Notes under the pieces: model-generated
What the model saw: only the letters and a program-made list of their open reading frames with translations
The model's database searches: none
What the model was told of the DNA's origin: nothing
Source of the DNA: Nemertoderma westbladi
Lineage: Eukaryota > Animalia > Xenacoelomorpha
Reading direction: 5' to 3'
Assembly: GCA_032718475.1 (NCBI GenBank)
Contig: JAUCBJ010007186.1
Coordinates: 1-64,000 of the forward strand
Length of the DNA: 64,000 bases
Shown here: in pieces, positions 24,450-36,993 of the stretch
Position numbering within the stretch: position 1 is the first letter of the stretch
Layout of the letters: each line of letters starts with the position of its first letter
Made by a program: the position numbers and the translations under genes

Positions 24450-27400
24450 ATGTCTGACGCAAAGCAGAACCTGTCAGACAGTCTACTAGATACAACCGAG
24501 AGCGAAGTGACAGCAGAGAAACCGCATAAGAGGGATGCCATTGACATCTATCTGTCAGACTATCAACGTTTTTTAGGTAATGACGAGTTGAGGAGAAGGT
24601 TAGAGGGACTTAGCCCTAATAGTGAAGGAACCAAGCTTGTGTTGGATGCCATCGATGTGGAAATGAGGGCTGCGAATCAGGCTAAATTTGATGATCAACT
24701 CCGCCTGACACGAGTCCAAGAAGAACAAGTAAAGAAAAAACGTATAGAAGACAGAAAGGCAGCGGCAGTAGCAGCAGCAGTGGCAGCTGCAGAAGCAGAA
24801 ACAAAAGCGGCAGCGGCAGTGGCAGCGGCAGAGACAAAAGCGGCAGCGGCAGTGGCAGCGGCAGAGGCAAAAGCAGCAGTCTGGCAGTAGCAGCAGCAAA
24901 GGCAGAGGCCGAAGCGGAAAGAAAAGCGGCACTGGCAACAGCAGAGGCAGTAGCAGAAGCCGAACGGAGAGCGACTGAAGAAACCACCCAATTAGAATTT
25001 GAAAACATTCAGGAGAATCAAGACTGCATAAATAAACAGTTAACAGCTAGTAATATGCAGATGATGAATCGATCTACTCCCAAACGACAGGGATATACAT
25101 CATCTGAGGAAGGCGATACCACCGACACTGAAGGCGGAGGAAATCGATCCCGCCTAAGCAGACGTAAAAGAACATTCCACCGTCAGAAATTGCCTGATTT
25201 GCCTCCAGCTGTTAGAAGGCAACTAAATAACACCAACTTAGAGAGTACAGAACCCACAGACCAAATAATTACAATAGAAAGACTCCCTACTATAGTAGAT
25301 GAGCCTGAAATAAGTAGGCCTGTTCTTGAAATCACCCCTTCGGTAATAGATACACCTGTGCTCCCTGAAGCTACCTATAAATTCCCTCTGCATAGCACTA
25401 AGCTACCTGTGCCCCGTAGAACTGCCCAGGAGACAGTTCAGGTCCTGGACCCCGAGCGAAATATTCCAAATTTGTCGCCCGTTGTCCCTCGTCTGCCCGC
25501 TACGACGTTGGCGGATCCCGTTTCGGCGGTTGATTGGGTAGACGAGAGACGGCGGTGGATGGATATTCTCCTCGGAGAGATGAAGGAGAATCGGATACGC
25601 TCCTCCCAACAGGTCCGAGAGTTGGAAGGGACTGTCCAACATTTAAAGGGAACAGTGAGGGAAAGTAAGTTAGAGTTGCAAGAAGTGCAGCAAAATATCG
25701 CGCTAGAGCGCGATAAATTAGTAAATTTACAAAAGGGTATACCACCACCCCCTGTAACAATGTGTCAACCTGTTAGGTCTGAAGTATCGCATGCGCAAGG
25801 TGTGGAACCTACACGCATATATACTGCTAGCGAAATAGAAACTCCTATAGTGAACCCTATTAAGGGTAATTATAAACCTGTTGATAATGATATCTCATCT
25901 AGACTTGATAATAATCCGAGAAACTTATATACCGATAATTCTCTATTCAATAATGCGATGGCTCAAGAAAGTTTTACACGCCAAATGGCTAGAACCGAAG
26001 CCCGACAAGCGGTAAAGGTTGGAGAGATCGTCAAGTTCAATGGAGATGAGATGAAATGGTTACCTTTTAATGAATATTACAAAGATAACATACAGAACTC
26101 TGTACTATCTAATGGAGAGAAACTTAGATTCCTCATCGAGTGCTTGGAAGGATCTCCCAAGTTAATGGCGTTAAAGTTTATTGGACATCCAGACGGATTA
26201 AGACAAGTTTGGGATACACTAAACATCAGGTATGGTAATAGGACTAACATAGCTAGGTATTTATATGCGAAATTAATGGCGCCCCGAAAGTTTCTTAGCA
26301 GCGGGATTATAGAGTTTTCCGATGAGATTCAGGAGATCTGTAGACAACTAGATTGGTTAGGTAAGTCTCATGAATACCAGAATTCTATGGTTGTAGGAGC
26401 CTTAGCATCTACTTTGCCCAAGGGTGGAGTAGGTACACGCTGGGACAAGAAGGTGTTATATATGATGGAACAACAACGACGAGACCCTACCATGACTGAT
26501 CTCATGTCATTCTTAGATAGAGAAGTGAAATTACAGCTCCTAAGGCAGTCCAGAGAGAAGACATTGGAAAACAAGGTAAGTGAGAAACCCGTTTCTAGGA
26601 GAAGGGTAACACCAGTATGTTATACCGACGACGGTGAAAGCCAAACTTCTCAAGGAGAGGACAGCGGGAAAGACACTGACAGATCTTATTATGTCAATAA
26701 AATGCCTAAAGATCAGGTAAGTAAATCCGAGTCTCGACCCAATGACAGAAGGGAACCGGTACAAAAAACCCTTCCTACGTCTCCTAAAGGAATTCAGGTG
26801 AGAAAGCCCGAGGAAAGAACAAGTGTGCACCACATAGCACAGGTTAAAGTAAGTAACATCAAGCCGAAATGTGTGCTGTGCGACGGGCCCCACCGTTTAA
26901 ATGCGTGTGATAAATTCCTGAGGAAATCACTAAAGGATAGACGTGAAGTCATGTGGGATAAGCGGTTGTGTTATAATTGCCTCAGACGAGGACACCAACG
27001 GCGAACCTGTTACTCCGACGCAAGGTGTGCAAAGTGCGGCGCAAAACATCATATCTTGTTGCACACGGAATTCGAACGAAACAGCCCGAGTCAGGTAAGT
27101 GAGTCCGAACTACATGTCCAATTCAGTGATGTGAACGACACTGATCAATCTGAGATGGAAGGATTCTATACGGACGAGTTCTCCGACGAAAACGAATCCT
27201 GTTACTTAATAAACACCACCGCAGTGTATCGAGCACTCATGCATGAGAAAGACACAGACAGCGACCTTACCTTAACTACTTCCGATCAACAACCATCTTG
27301 GAAAGCGCCAACTTCCAATATAAGAATCCGAGAATTTCCTGTAGTCCAGTTACGGGTCCACGGACCTCAGAAGAGCTATATAGTGAACGCCCTCCTGGAC

Positions 27401-28616
27401 TCCGGTAGCACAGGAACATTCATCGATAAAGAACTAGCCGAAGTCATCTTTGCTGGACAACCCAAGTTCCGAACCAAGCTAAACATGTCAGGGATCATGC
27501 AGGTTTGGAATTCTACTGTAGCTGCCGACTATTATATAGGTGAGTTGTCCACTCCACAGGATAAACTAGGAGAATACAGTATAAGGTCAGTAAAAATGGT
27601 GGCAATAAAGAACTTCGCTACCACCCAAGGGGAACCTTATAATTGGGACGAAGATGATCATGCCCAACAACTTAACATCCCTAGATTCGACACCGATTAT
27701 CCTGGAGTACAAATATTAATCGGTCAAAACGCGCATGAGGCGCTGGAGACATTGGAGAAACAACCTGCTCAACCGCAACCACTTCAGACCTATGCGGTAA
27801 GAACTAGAGTAGGTTGGTACCTTACTGGACCTTCCCGTAGAATGCTCAGGGAAAGACTGCTTCAAGATTGCGTCTGCCAGGTGAGTGAATGGGAAGACGA
27901 TACTAGTGAGGGAGACGAACCAACTGAGGGAACACCACACTCCTCAGATAATGACAATCTTAACTCCAATGTAGATCAATGGAGATATTGCCCCAAGACG
28001 ATGAATACAACTGACATCGCTTCCAGAGGAGCAACTCCTCAAGAACTGACAGATACTACAGACCGGTTAGGTGAACCCGACTTCCTGAGTAAGGAGGATG
28101 AATGGTCTCCCCATCTTACTCCGACTGAGATTAGACCAGCCAAGGGAGCGGAGAAAGTCAAACCTAAAACCCGGACGGGTGGATCGGAGTTATTTGAACC
28201 CGGGATAGATCTGTATTCTGTCTGTATTACATATTGCCAGGGACGACGCCGTGGATCTGGACCTCCCCACCGCGAGTGGATCCTTCATGAAGATCAGAGA
28301 GAGCGATTGGAGCTCTGGAACATCAGACGTCTCGCAGGGACTCTCACCTCTCCTGCAGGGAGCGACGGACCACTATAGCTCCTGGAATCAGCTTTGTAAG
28401 GCCGTCGTGTACTTAGAGCGATGTTTCTATCGTCACTATTCCAGGACGAAGAGGAAACCTGGAATTGTATTCGGGATGCAGCGACTCAATCACCCAGTCG
28501 GTCGTTTGTGCTTACCGGAAGGGAATGGAGGACTTTCCGGAAACTGTGGAAGGCAAGATTCTCTTCCCACGACCACCTCCCTAATCCTTCAAACATCTAG
28601 GGACTCCATAACGTAA
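24450..28616 (+). pseudogene. BEL gag-protease of copy 1, frameshifted in the Ala-rich repeat, followed by spliced-together pol remnants
   Basis: ORFs 24450-24890 and 25055-28378 contain KFNGDEMKW (capsid-like), the BEL triple zinc knuckle CX2CX3HX4C/CX2CX4HX4C/CX2CX3HX4H and protease LLDSGS. No YxDD or DDE motif. Confidence 0.92.
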
Positions 28617-31600
28617 CAACATATGGAGTGGGTGTGTGACTCTATTATTTTATATTATTTTATTATTTTTATATTTCTGTATGTATTACTATGTAATTTT
28701 ATTATAATCGTTTTCTTTAATTTTATTCAGTAGAATGTTATTTTAGCGATTATTTAGTAGATTAGTGCAATATATATTCGCGTTTATTATTTAATTACTT
28801 ATATTATATTTAGTGAGACGGCGAAGAAATAATTATTTTTCTCTTTCCTTACTGTCCGTATTATATTATAAATACGTAACTACAGTAAGATGAAATGTCC
28901 GTACTTATTAAAGTACAATAAAGCCACTACTATATTTAAGTATTATTGGTAGGCAGAGTATTAGGAATGCAAAGTTCAGATCCTCGTGTCTCGGCTAAAC
29001 CAAGCTCTGGGTAGACCTTGGAAACGACTTGCCTCTTCACACTGACATTGCTTCGTGCGATATTGCTCTCATACCGTATATTAAATAATACATATAGTAG
29101 CGTGATGTCCCTTTAACAGTAGCGTATAACGCAAAATAAATCTGTTAAACCCTTTGACCATCTGTAATTCTAGTCGATTAAGATATCGCGGCACCCACCG
29201 ATATACTTGAAAGACAAATTCTAGAATCAGTGGTTAACGTCCCCAGACAAGTTCTGGAATAAATCGGTGCCCATCTCAAATTTTAATTATTTAATATTTG
29301 CAAATCTAATAAATCAAAATCTGTAAAATTCAGATCCTTCAACAATTCTAGTCAATTAAGATATCGTAGCATTTACCGATATTCTTAAAAAAGACAATTG
29401 TCATAGAATTAAGGATCTTGTGTCCCTAGACATGTTCTAGAATCAAAATATGTCCATTTAATTATCAAATAATAAAATTTCAGGGAATAAATTTAAATTC
29501 ATGCCTTTTAATGAATTTAATAAATTGCCATTTTTACGCAATTTATAAAGTTCCCAAAATTCCATTAATTAATAGATCAAGGGAGCGGAGATTTATCTTA
29601 TCATGCGTATGAGTGTGTGAAAGTCTCCCAAACATAGTCAATAGCCGATAAAATTCATAAAGTCATGTATAAGACAGAACATTGACTATTAAAGAATACT
29701 ATTAAATAACATCCCAGATCTGTATGCATTGGAATTACCCTAATTCTACCGCTAGCTTTGCATAATGTCACCATAGCAACAACCACGCTAGAATTAGAAT
29801 TGAGTTAAAAGAACAATAGAAAGCTTGTCCCATTGAATAGCATAGGGAATAAATAGCGCACTACTAGTATCCAAGGATACATAATAATACAGTGACATTC
29901 TGGAAGGCATTGACTAACGGACAAATGGCCCGAATGTGTGTAATTTGTGACAAGTTGTGTGTGTGGTATTTGTGAGTTTATAGGTGAATGTTACTGCTAA
30001 AGTGTGTTTACAGTAGCTAGTCGCAATCGTAAAAGTAACCTAACTCTCCAAGGAAAACCTGAAGTACATCTAAGCCTTTGGGACGGACAGTTGAGTGACT
30101 TGTGCCGGTTGTCGTTGTCGTTGTGCGGCTACGTCGTTGGCGAAAGTACAGCGGCGACGACACATCGGCGCTGAGGATCTCGTACTGTCCGGGGGTTGAT
30201 TGGGGTAGGCAGCGACGCCCGCTCGCCTAAATATAAACTCATTATAATATGGATAAACTCATATATAGCAGATATGACGGAGTTGATAGAAGATGGTCTT
30301 GGTATCGGGGAGCGATATACTCTACTTTTACAAGCGTTTGTTGATAGCTTAATACGCGGCGACGTTAGCCCAACTGCTGCGGAGGACGATGGTCGTTATA
30401 TCGAACCGCCAATGTCCCAAGAGCAGCTCGCGCGAGTTGGACTATAGAAAATTCGCTGCTCGATATACGCAGCGTAATGGTACGTATATGGGCTTCTTAA
30501 CTACTGATCATCCTATCGATTTACACAATACGGCTATATATCCTGCCCAGCGGAGTCGGAACCATAAATTGAAATTCGAATGCGAAAATTATATTCGAAA
30601 TCGGCTCGAAAGAAAAGGCATTAAAGAAACAAATAAACGCGGTAACTCCAACATATATTTGGAATTCTTGATAGAAGCATTGTAACAACAAATAAATATC
30701 ACCCGCGTTTACCCTACCAGACGTGCGTCTTTGGTATTATTACGATAAATGCCCTAGACCCAACTAATAAACGGAAAGACATAAACATCCACGTAAACCG
30801 AAACTTGTTGACGTATCACCTATGCTCACTCGGCTCGAACGATCCTGGAGTAAACCTACGATCAGAGTCCCGGAATACTCGGTCAAACCTCCTCATTCCT
30901 TAGTTGGACCTCAGACCTGCGATCCTGGTGGTGTCGCGGATCCTCGCGGACTGTATTCACTGTTCAAAGATCTAGTGCTACCCTAACAATTAATCGGTAA
31001 CACTCCGACAGTGATTTCTAGCTAGCCGCCCATCTTACCTAGCCGGATTGTGACGCGGACACCTAATATCACTATCCAACCGTATGGTCGTCCCCGTTTA
31101 ACGCGATACAACCCCTCATCAAGGTGAAGGAGAGCGTTGTACGAAACGAGTTAAACGCTATTCTATAAAGATCAAAAGGGAAACCTGCGTTTGTTCAGAT
31201 AAACGTAAGTTATAACAGTAAGTCCAATCGATAAACGAATTGGCCTTATCTCAATTCGATTGAGAAATCTCGAATCTCTAAGAAGATATCAAGCTTAGAA
31301 AACCCTATTCTCTGCGAGAGTTTTTGATGAACGTATCCAGCTACGAGCGAAGGAAAATCAGCTCGAGGAGAAGCATATAGAAACGGCGGATACCCCGACC
31401 ATAATCCTACACCTTCTGATGCAATCATATTGCACCCTTCACCCATGATTTATAGCCCTCCTAGTAAAGTGGCTCGCCCTAAAGAGAAAAGGACTCTTGC
31501 TAGCCTCAAAAAACTGCGTAAACGCCGTCTGCGTAAGAAAGACTAACTGTTTAGAGTATCTTTATATTTTAGAAACTGTGATTTGTTATATTTTATAGAC

Positions 31601-31624
31601 TTAAATCCCATTTTCTGGGAGCGG

Positions 31625-32871
31625 TGTAAAAGCTTTTGCGTAATTAGCCGGTTATTATCCCCGTAAAGTACTCTGTGGTTGGTTTACCAGGCATAAAAAG
31701 GCCGTGTCCTTGCTGTACTGGTGTTTTGGAGGACATAAAAGCCATTTCTTCTGTATTTGTACTTTAGAGGACATAATCTGTAATTTCGTGACGTAAAAGG
31801 CTCGATACTCTTGAAAACAGTGTCGCTACCATGACGACGGCTAACGGCTGATATTGCCACGTTGCAACTTTCTGTATCTGCCAATAGAATTTGAGTTAGC
31901 CTTGATTTTGACCTATCACAGAGCTACTGAACTGAAATTTTCCTATCTCACTGCTCTTTCTCTGTGTTGAACGGGAGCTTCGTGGAATAAGGGTAGCTGG
32001 TATTCTTATAGTTATTCTTATCAGTGTTGTTGGTGATTCTAAGCCAGGAAGAACGGCTTTAGAGTATTTTGTGCTTTTCTGCTATAGCCCTACACTAGTA
32101 GGCTTAATTATAAGGACATATATCCGTTATCTGCATACTGCATACTGCAGTACTGCATACACTGCATACTGTGTAACACTGTGCATACTTTTATATTGTT
32201 ATACTGCTATTTACTGTCAGTTCTTCATAATATGGTTGATGAATTATTATATTTGGAATAACGACAAATAACCCCGAAAACCCAATATTCTTGATATACC
32301 GAAGGTAAGAGAGAAGGGTTACAGATAAATGATTGCGACCTATGTTGAGTGGTTTGAAGTGAATCTAATGTTATTTGATAGACCCTACATGATTCGGTCC
32401 GTGTTCCTTTTATATGTGACTAAAATCAGTGAAGATCGGCAGATCAGTGTGCAGTATTGTGCAGCATTGTGTATGAGTGAGACTGATAACGAAGCATTTC
32501 CTAAAGAATGCGCCATATATGTGAATTGTAACTAAGCCATATCGTTGTGAGTAGTTTAAGTCATAACTCTTTTTATATAGATAGAGCGCCACGTCCTAAA
32601 GGAACTGTTAATATTTCCCGAAGGTGAATAATATTGTCAGAGATTATATAATACTGTCAGTCGAATAATACATTAGGCTTACATACAGTAGCAATACGAT
32701 TAAGCTGTCGAAATCAATCTCCCGGGTATATCCAACGGGTGAATGATCGCGCACAGATTGGTTTCAACTAGTGTAGTGAATCAAATACTTGTTAGAGGCT
32801 AAAGCGATTTATTATCTAGAAGACATCCTAATTTGGCGGGTTAAACTGCCAAAGGTCTGAAAGCGCGAACA
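31625..32871 (+). repeat. 3' LTR of BEL copy 1 (1247 bp), preceded by a short PPT-like GGGAGCGG
   Basis: Differs from the 5' LTR by about 3 substitutions and two small insertions (8 and 5 bp). Confidence 0.96.
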
Positions 32872-33760
32872 ACCAGCACTTAAACGACCCACTGCACCAA
32901 CCATTTACAGACTCAAATGACCCACGACTCTCCGAGTTACTGATGCTGGCTAACCAAATCGACTCAATGGATTGCAAAAATAACAACCTTCGCTGTCATA
33001 CTTTTACTATTGATACTGCTAAGGCCATCTCTCATACATTTCGTGGCATTGTACATTTGATTCGCCATTGTCTCAACAATAGTTTTCAATATGTACTCCC
33101 CGGTCAGTTTGCCACCGATCCCCTGGAAAAGACGTTTGGACGGATCCGATAGTCAGCAGGCGGTACTTATTTCATATCTGCAGTCCAGGCAATGCAATAT
33201 TACTCTATACAAAAGACCAAATTAATAACTGCATTGGATCAAGATTTTCTAGATTTTCAATCAACTAGCGGAGCTCATAAATGTGATAACTGTGTTTTCA
33301 TGCTAACCGAAGAGGACGCTGCAGTATTCGATTCCTTGTCAGCCCTTGAGGTTGACGAGTTGGCCTTCGACACAAAGTCTGCTTTGCTATATGTTGCTGG
33401 TTATATACAGCGTTATATTCCCAACGATGATGACGATGACACATACTTTTATGCAATGCAGTTTGGCGGCTTTCTTGGTGAACTAAATCGAGGGAAATTG
33501 GTTACACCATCCGATGCCTTTGTCCAGTTTACATTCTTTGCTTACATCATGTTTATTAGTTTAAACAAGCACAGGCTATGTCGTTTTAGTTTAACCAATA
33601 TTTTTGAAACAATTGCGGATAGTTATTTCGCCCAAGTCGTGCCAAAGGCAGAAAGGAGTGCTGTACCAGACTGTGCAACATATTTCTTAATAATTACAGT
33701 GTATTAGTCACCCCTACAAGCTCTAAGGAAACATCAATTAAAGCAATCAAGTTGTGCTAA
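32872..33760 (+). pseudogene. P transposase C-terminal fragment
   Basis: YVLPGQFATDPLEKTFGRIR*SAGGTYFIS (catalytic Glu motif of P transposases), LLYVAGYI and LNRGKLVTPS. Contains an in-frame stop and a frameshift. Confidence 0.9.
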
Positions 33761-34374
33761 TGATATGTTTTTCAATTAAAGCAATCAAGTTGTGCTAATG
33801 ATATGTTTTATTTATTGCCATACAGTAAAGTTAATTACGTTAAGTGTGAAGTTATCAGGCTAAGTATAAAGTAAAACCATAAGTGTAAAGTTATCACCCT
33901 AAATTTAAAGTGCTGCTTAACAAAGAAAATTTATAATAAATTTTTATTCTAGGGATGGATGTGATTTTTAAATAAGACCAATTTCAATTAATTATAATCC
34001 AGCAGATTAACAGACAAACTGTAATCAATGACATAAAGTTTAATTAAAGTTTCATAACGTATGCATGCATCCTACGGAAAACGTATTTAATGCATAGTTA
34101 TCAGGTTTTGTGATGATGACACCACCACTAATAGTTATAGGTAGGTTATTACAGGTCGGCCGCCAAGTCAGAATCGTACCTGCACGTTGGCTCGGCCTGT
34201 AATATACAGATATAGTAGGCTATGATCCACGGGTACGGATTTGTGATATTACGTACCAATACTGCAATACCGGTACTGACTGACTGACTTCTGGACATAG
34301 GCTAAATAATTACTAGCATCAGCTTGTTAATGTTACAGCTACAAACAGACAAAGGACAGAAGGAACACAGAACA

Positions 34375-36117
34375 ATGAGTTTCCCTTGGCTAAGAAAATC
34401 TAAACGAGTTTTCCCAGTACCGGAAAGCGATACCGAAACCATGGAATCGCCGGCAATTAATTCACCAAAACGTCGGAGAATAGGTAGAGATGAAAAAACT
34501 AATGAGACAATAAAACAAGAGGAGGTCGGCTTAAATAACGAGTATGGAGCTGTAAGTATGAATGACACGGATGGAACTGTAAGTATAGATGGAACTGTAC
34601 CGGTACCGGTGAGTATGGATGGAACTGAAATGTTAATAAGCAGAACTCAACCACATGTTAATGACATCGAGAGACGCCGTGAAGAGAATCTCCGAATAAA
34701 TCGTGAAGTTCTGGCGGAGTTGGGAATCGGTATCGGGAGTACCACCAGGCCTAATCCTGCAAGTCCTAAACGCAAAAATAAACCGGTTAAATACGAGATC
34801 AAACGGAAGGATTATGTGACGGACCATGTTAGTAGAGAGCCGACGAGGAAGTCTGCCAGACTGCAAGGGAAGCCGGTACGGTCTCCCAGTAGTGCGGGGG
34901 AGACAGAAGGGAATAGAACGGGGGGTTCTAGAACTTACAGTTCCACTGCGGTTGTGGATGTTGTACCTTATAACGTACCTTTACCGGAAGTCATAAAGGC
35001 CGAGTGTCTGGAGGTTTCTTACTTAGCGAAGTTGGTTAAAAAGGAAGTGGATTGGGAGGAGTCGTCAAGGACACTGCAGTCTCTTCTCTCGGAGGCGTCG
35101 TTAGCGGAGGCGTACCAGGTTACTGCGACGGAAGAGCGCGCGGTGGATACAGTGGCACGCATCAGTAGTCTCCGAGTGGAAGAGGAGTGGGTCAGGAAGG
35201 TGGTACCCGGTCGCGTGTTCTCATTGGCTTGGTTGGCGACCAATGAGAAGCCGACTGTGGTCGTCGGCGACAAGTACGGCCATCTGGGTGTCTGGAGCGT
35301 CTCGGACGGGGGTGTATACGTGACGCGGCCGCACAGCGGCGCTATCAACTGCGTGCGGTGTCCCACCGAGAAGCCCGATACGGTGTACACGACGAGTTAC
35401 GACGGAACATTCCGTGAGTTCCGGCTGCGTTCTGGACGGTTCCACCGGATGTACGCGGCGGACGCGTTGGTGACCTGGATGGACCGCGTGGACGCGTCCA
35501 CCGTGCTACTGTCGCAACGGGACGGCTGTGTGACGCGACTCGACTTCCGGGAGGCCTCACGTCCCTCAGTCTGGAACCTGTCCGCCTCCGGATTCCGGTG
35601 TGTTTCTGTCTGTCCGGCCGCCGTCCCCCGCTACTTCGCCACCGCTGGCGTCGACGCCACCGTGCGACTGTTTGACCTCCGCTTCCCCACGAAATCCCTC
35701 GCTACGCTCGGCCATGGCCGCGTCGTTAACTCAGCCTTATTTACGCCGCACTCTGGCGACAACCTACTCACCACCAGCGCCGACGACACCGTTAGGATAT
35801 ACGCCACTAGCGGCGTTATAGCGAACCACACTGCTGCCTCGGTTTCTATGAAACACAACAACTATACCGGCCGATGGCTCACTAAGTTCCGCGCGACTTG
35901 GCATCCCAGACAGACGGATCTCTTCGTTATCGGCTGTCTGGACCGGCCCCGTAGAGTCGAACTCTTTAGCAGTCGGGGAGTTCGATTGGCAAACCTGTTC
36001 GACGAGAATCTCACGACGGTTACCTCCATCAACGAGTTCCATCCCTCCCTAGACTACCTGGTGGGTGGAAACTCGTCTGGTAAACTATTTGTCTGGGGAC
36101 CCCAAACTGGGCGGTAA
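34375..36117 (+). CDS. WDR76: WD repeat protein 76 / Cmr1-like chromatin- and DNA-damage-associated WD40 protein, uninterrupted ORF
   Basis: ERRREENLRINREVLAELG in the N-terminus, VGDKYGHLGVW, TTSYDGT, HNNYTGRWLTKFRATWHP and GGNSSGK, recognised as the WDR76/Cmr1 family. The start codon is uncertain; an upstream exon is possible. Confidence 0.88.
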   Translation: MSFPWLRKSKRVFPVPESDTETMESPAINSPKRRRIGRDEKTNETIKQEEVGLNNEYGAVSMNDTDGTVSIDGTVPVPVSMDGTEMLISRTQPHVNDIERRREENLRINREVLAELGIGIGSTTRPNPASPKRKNKPVKYEIKRKDYVTDHVSREPTRKSARLQGKPVRSPSSAGETEGNRTGGSRTYSSTAVVDVVPYNVPLPEVIKAECLEVSYLAKLVKKEVDWEESSRTLQSLLSEASLAEAYQVTATEERAVDTVARISSLRVEEEWVRKVVPGRVFSLAWLATNEKPTVVVGDKYGHLGVWSVSDGGVYVTRPHSGAINCVRCPTEKPDTVYTTSYDGTFREFRLRSGRFHRMYAADALVTWMDRVDASTVLLSQRDGCVTRLDFREASRPSVWNLSASGFRCVSVCPAAVPRYFATAGVDATVRLFDLRFPTKSLATLGHGRVVNSALFTPHSGDNLLTTSADDTVRIYATSGVIANHTAASVSMKHNNYTGRWLTKFRATWHPRQTDLFVIGCLDRPRRVELFSSRGVRLANLFDENLTTVTSINEFHPSLDYLVGGNSSGKLFVWGPQTGR

Positions 36118-36993
36118 ACTGTTTGTCTGGGACCCCAAACTGGGCGGTAAACTGTTTGTCTGGGACCCCAAACTGGGCGGTAAACTGTTTGTCTGGGACC
36201 CCAAACTGGGCGGTAAACTGTTTGTCTGGGACCCCAAACTGGGTGGTAAACTGTTTGTCTGGGACCCCAAACTGGGCGGTAAACTGTTTGTCTGGGGACC
36301 CCAAACTGGGCGGTAAACTGTTTGTATGGGACCCCAAACTGGGCGGTAAACTGTTTGTCTGGGACCCCAAACTGGGCGGTAAACTGTTTGTCTGGGACCC
36401 CAAACTGGGTGGTAAACTGTTTGTCTGGGACCCCAAACTGGGCGGTAAACTGTTTGTCTGGGGACCCCAAACTGGGCGGTAAACTGTTTGTATGGGACCC
36501 CAAACTGGGCGGTAAACTGTTTGTCTGGGACCCCAAACTGGGCGGTAAACTGTTTGTCTGGGACCCCAAACTGGGCGGTAAACTGTTTGTCTGGGGACCC
36601 CAAACTGGGCGGTAAACTGTTTGTCTGGGACCCCGAACTGGGCGGTAAACTGTTTGTCTGGGACCCAAAACTGGGCGGTAAACTGTTTGTCTGGGAACCC
36701 CAAACTGGGCGGTAAACTGTTTGTATGGGACCCCAAACTGGGCGGTAAACTGTTTGTCTAGGACACCAAACTGGGCGGTAAACTGTTTGTCTGGGACCCC
36801 AAACTGGGTGGTAAACTGTTTGTCTGGGGACCCCAAACTGGGCGGTAAACTGTTTGTCTGGGGACCCCAAACTGGGCGGTAAACTGTTTGTCTGGGACCC
36901 CAAACTGGGCGGTAAAATGTTTGTCTGGGACCCCAAACTGGGCGGTAAACTGTTTGTCTGGGACCCCAAACTGGGCGGTAAACTGTTTGTCTG
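36079..36993 (+). repeat. 33/34-bp minisatellite (GGTAAACTGTTTGTCTGGG[G]ACCCCAAACTGGGC)n overlapping the WDR76 stop codon
   Basis: About 27 near-identical units. The first unit is the last coding sequence of the gene. Confidence 0.97.

Larger units (their letters stand above)
18237..32871 (+). mobile_element. BEL/Pao LTR retrotransposon, copy 1: non-autonomous (gag + protease; RT, RNase H and integrase deleted)
   Basis: TGT...ACA LTRs at both ends. The 5-bp TSD ACCAG is at 18232-18236 and 32872-32876, and the P transposase frame resumes after it. Homologous to 41618-57297. Confidence 0.95.
14508..34224 (+). mobile_element. P-element-superfamily (THAP) DNA transposon, inflated to ~19.7 kb by nested insertions
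   Basis: Ends CATAGCCTACTATA...TATAGTAGGCTATG form a ~60-bp imperfect TIR. The 8-bp TSD ATCCACGG is at 14500-14507 and 34225-34232. Three collinear transposase pieces lie inside. Confidence 0.93.
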
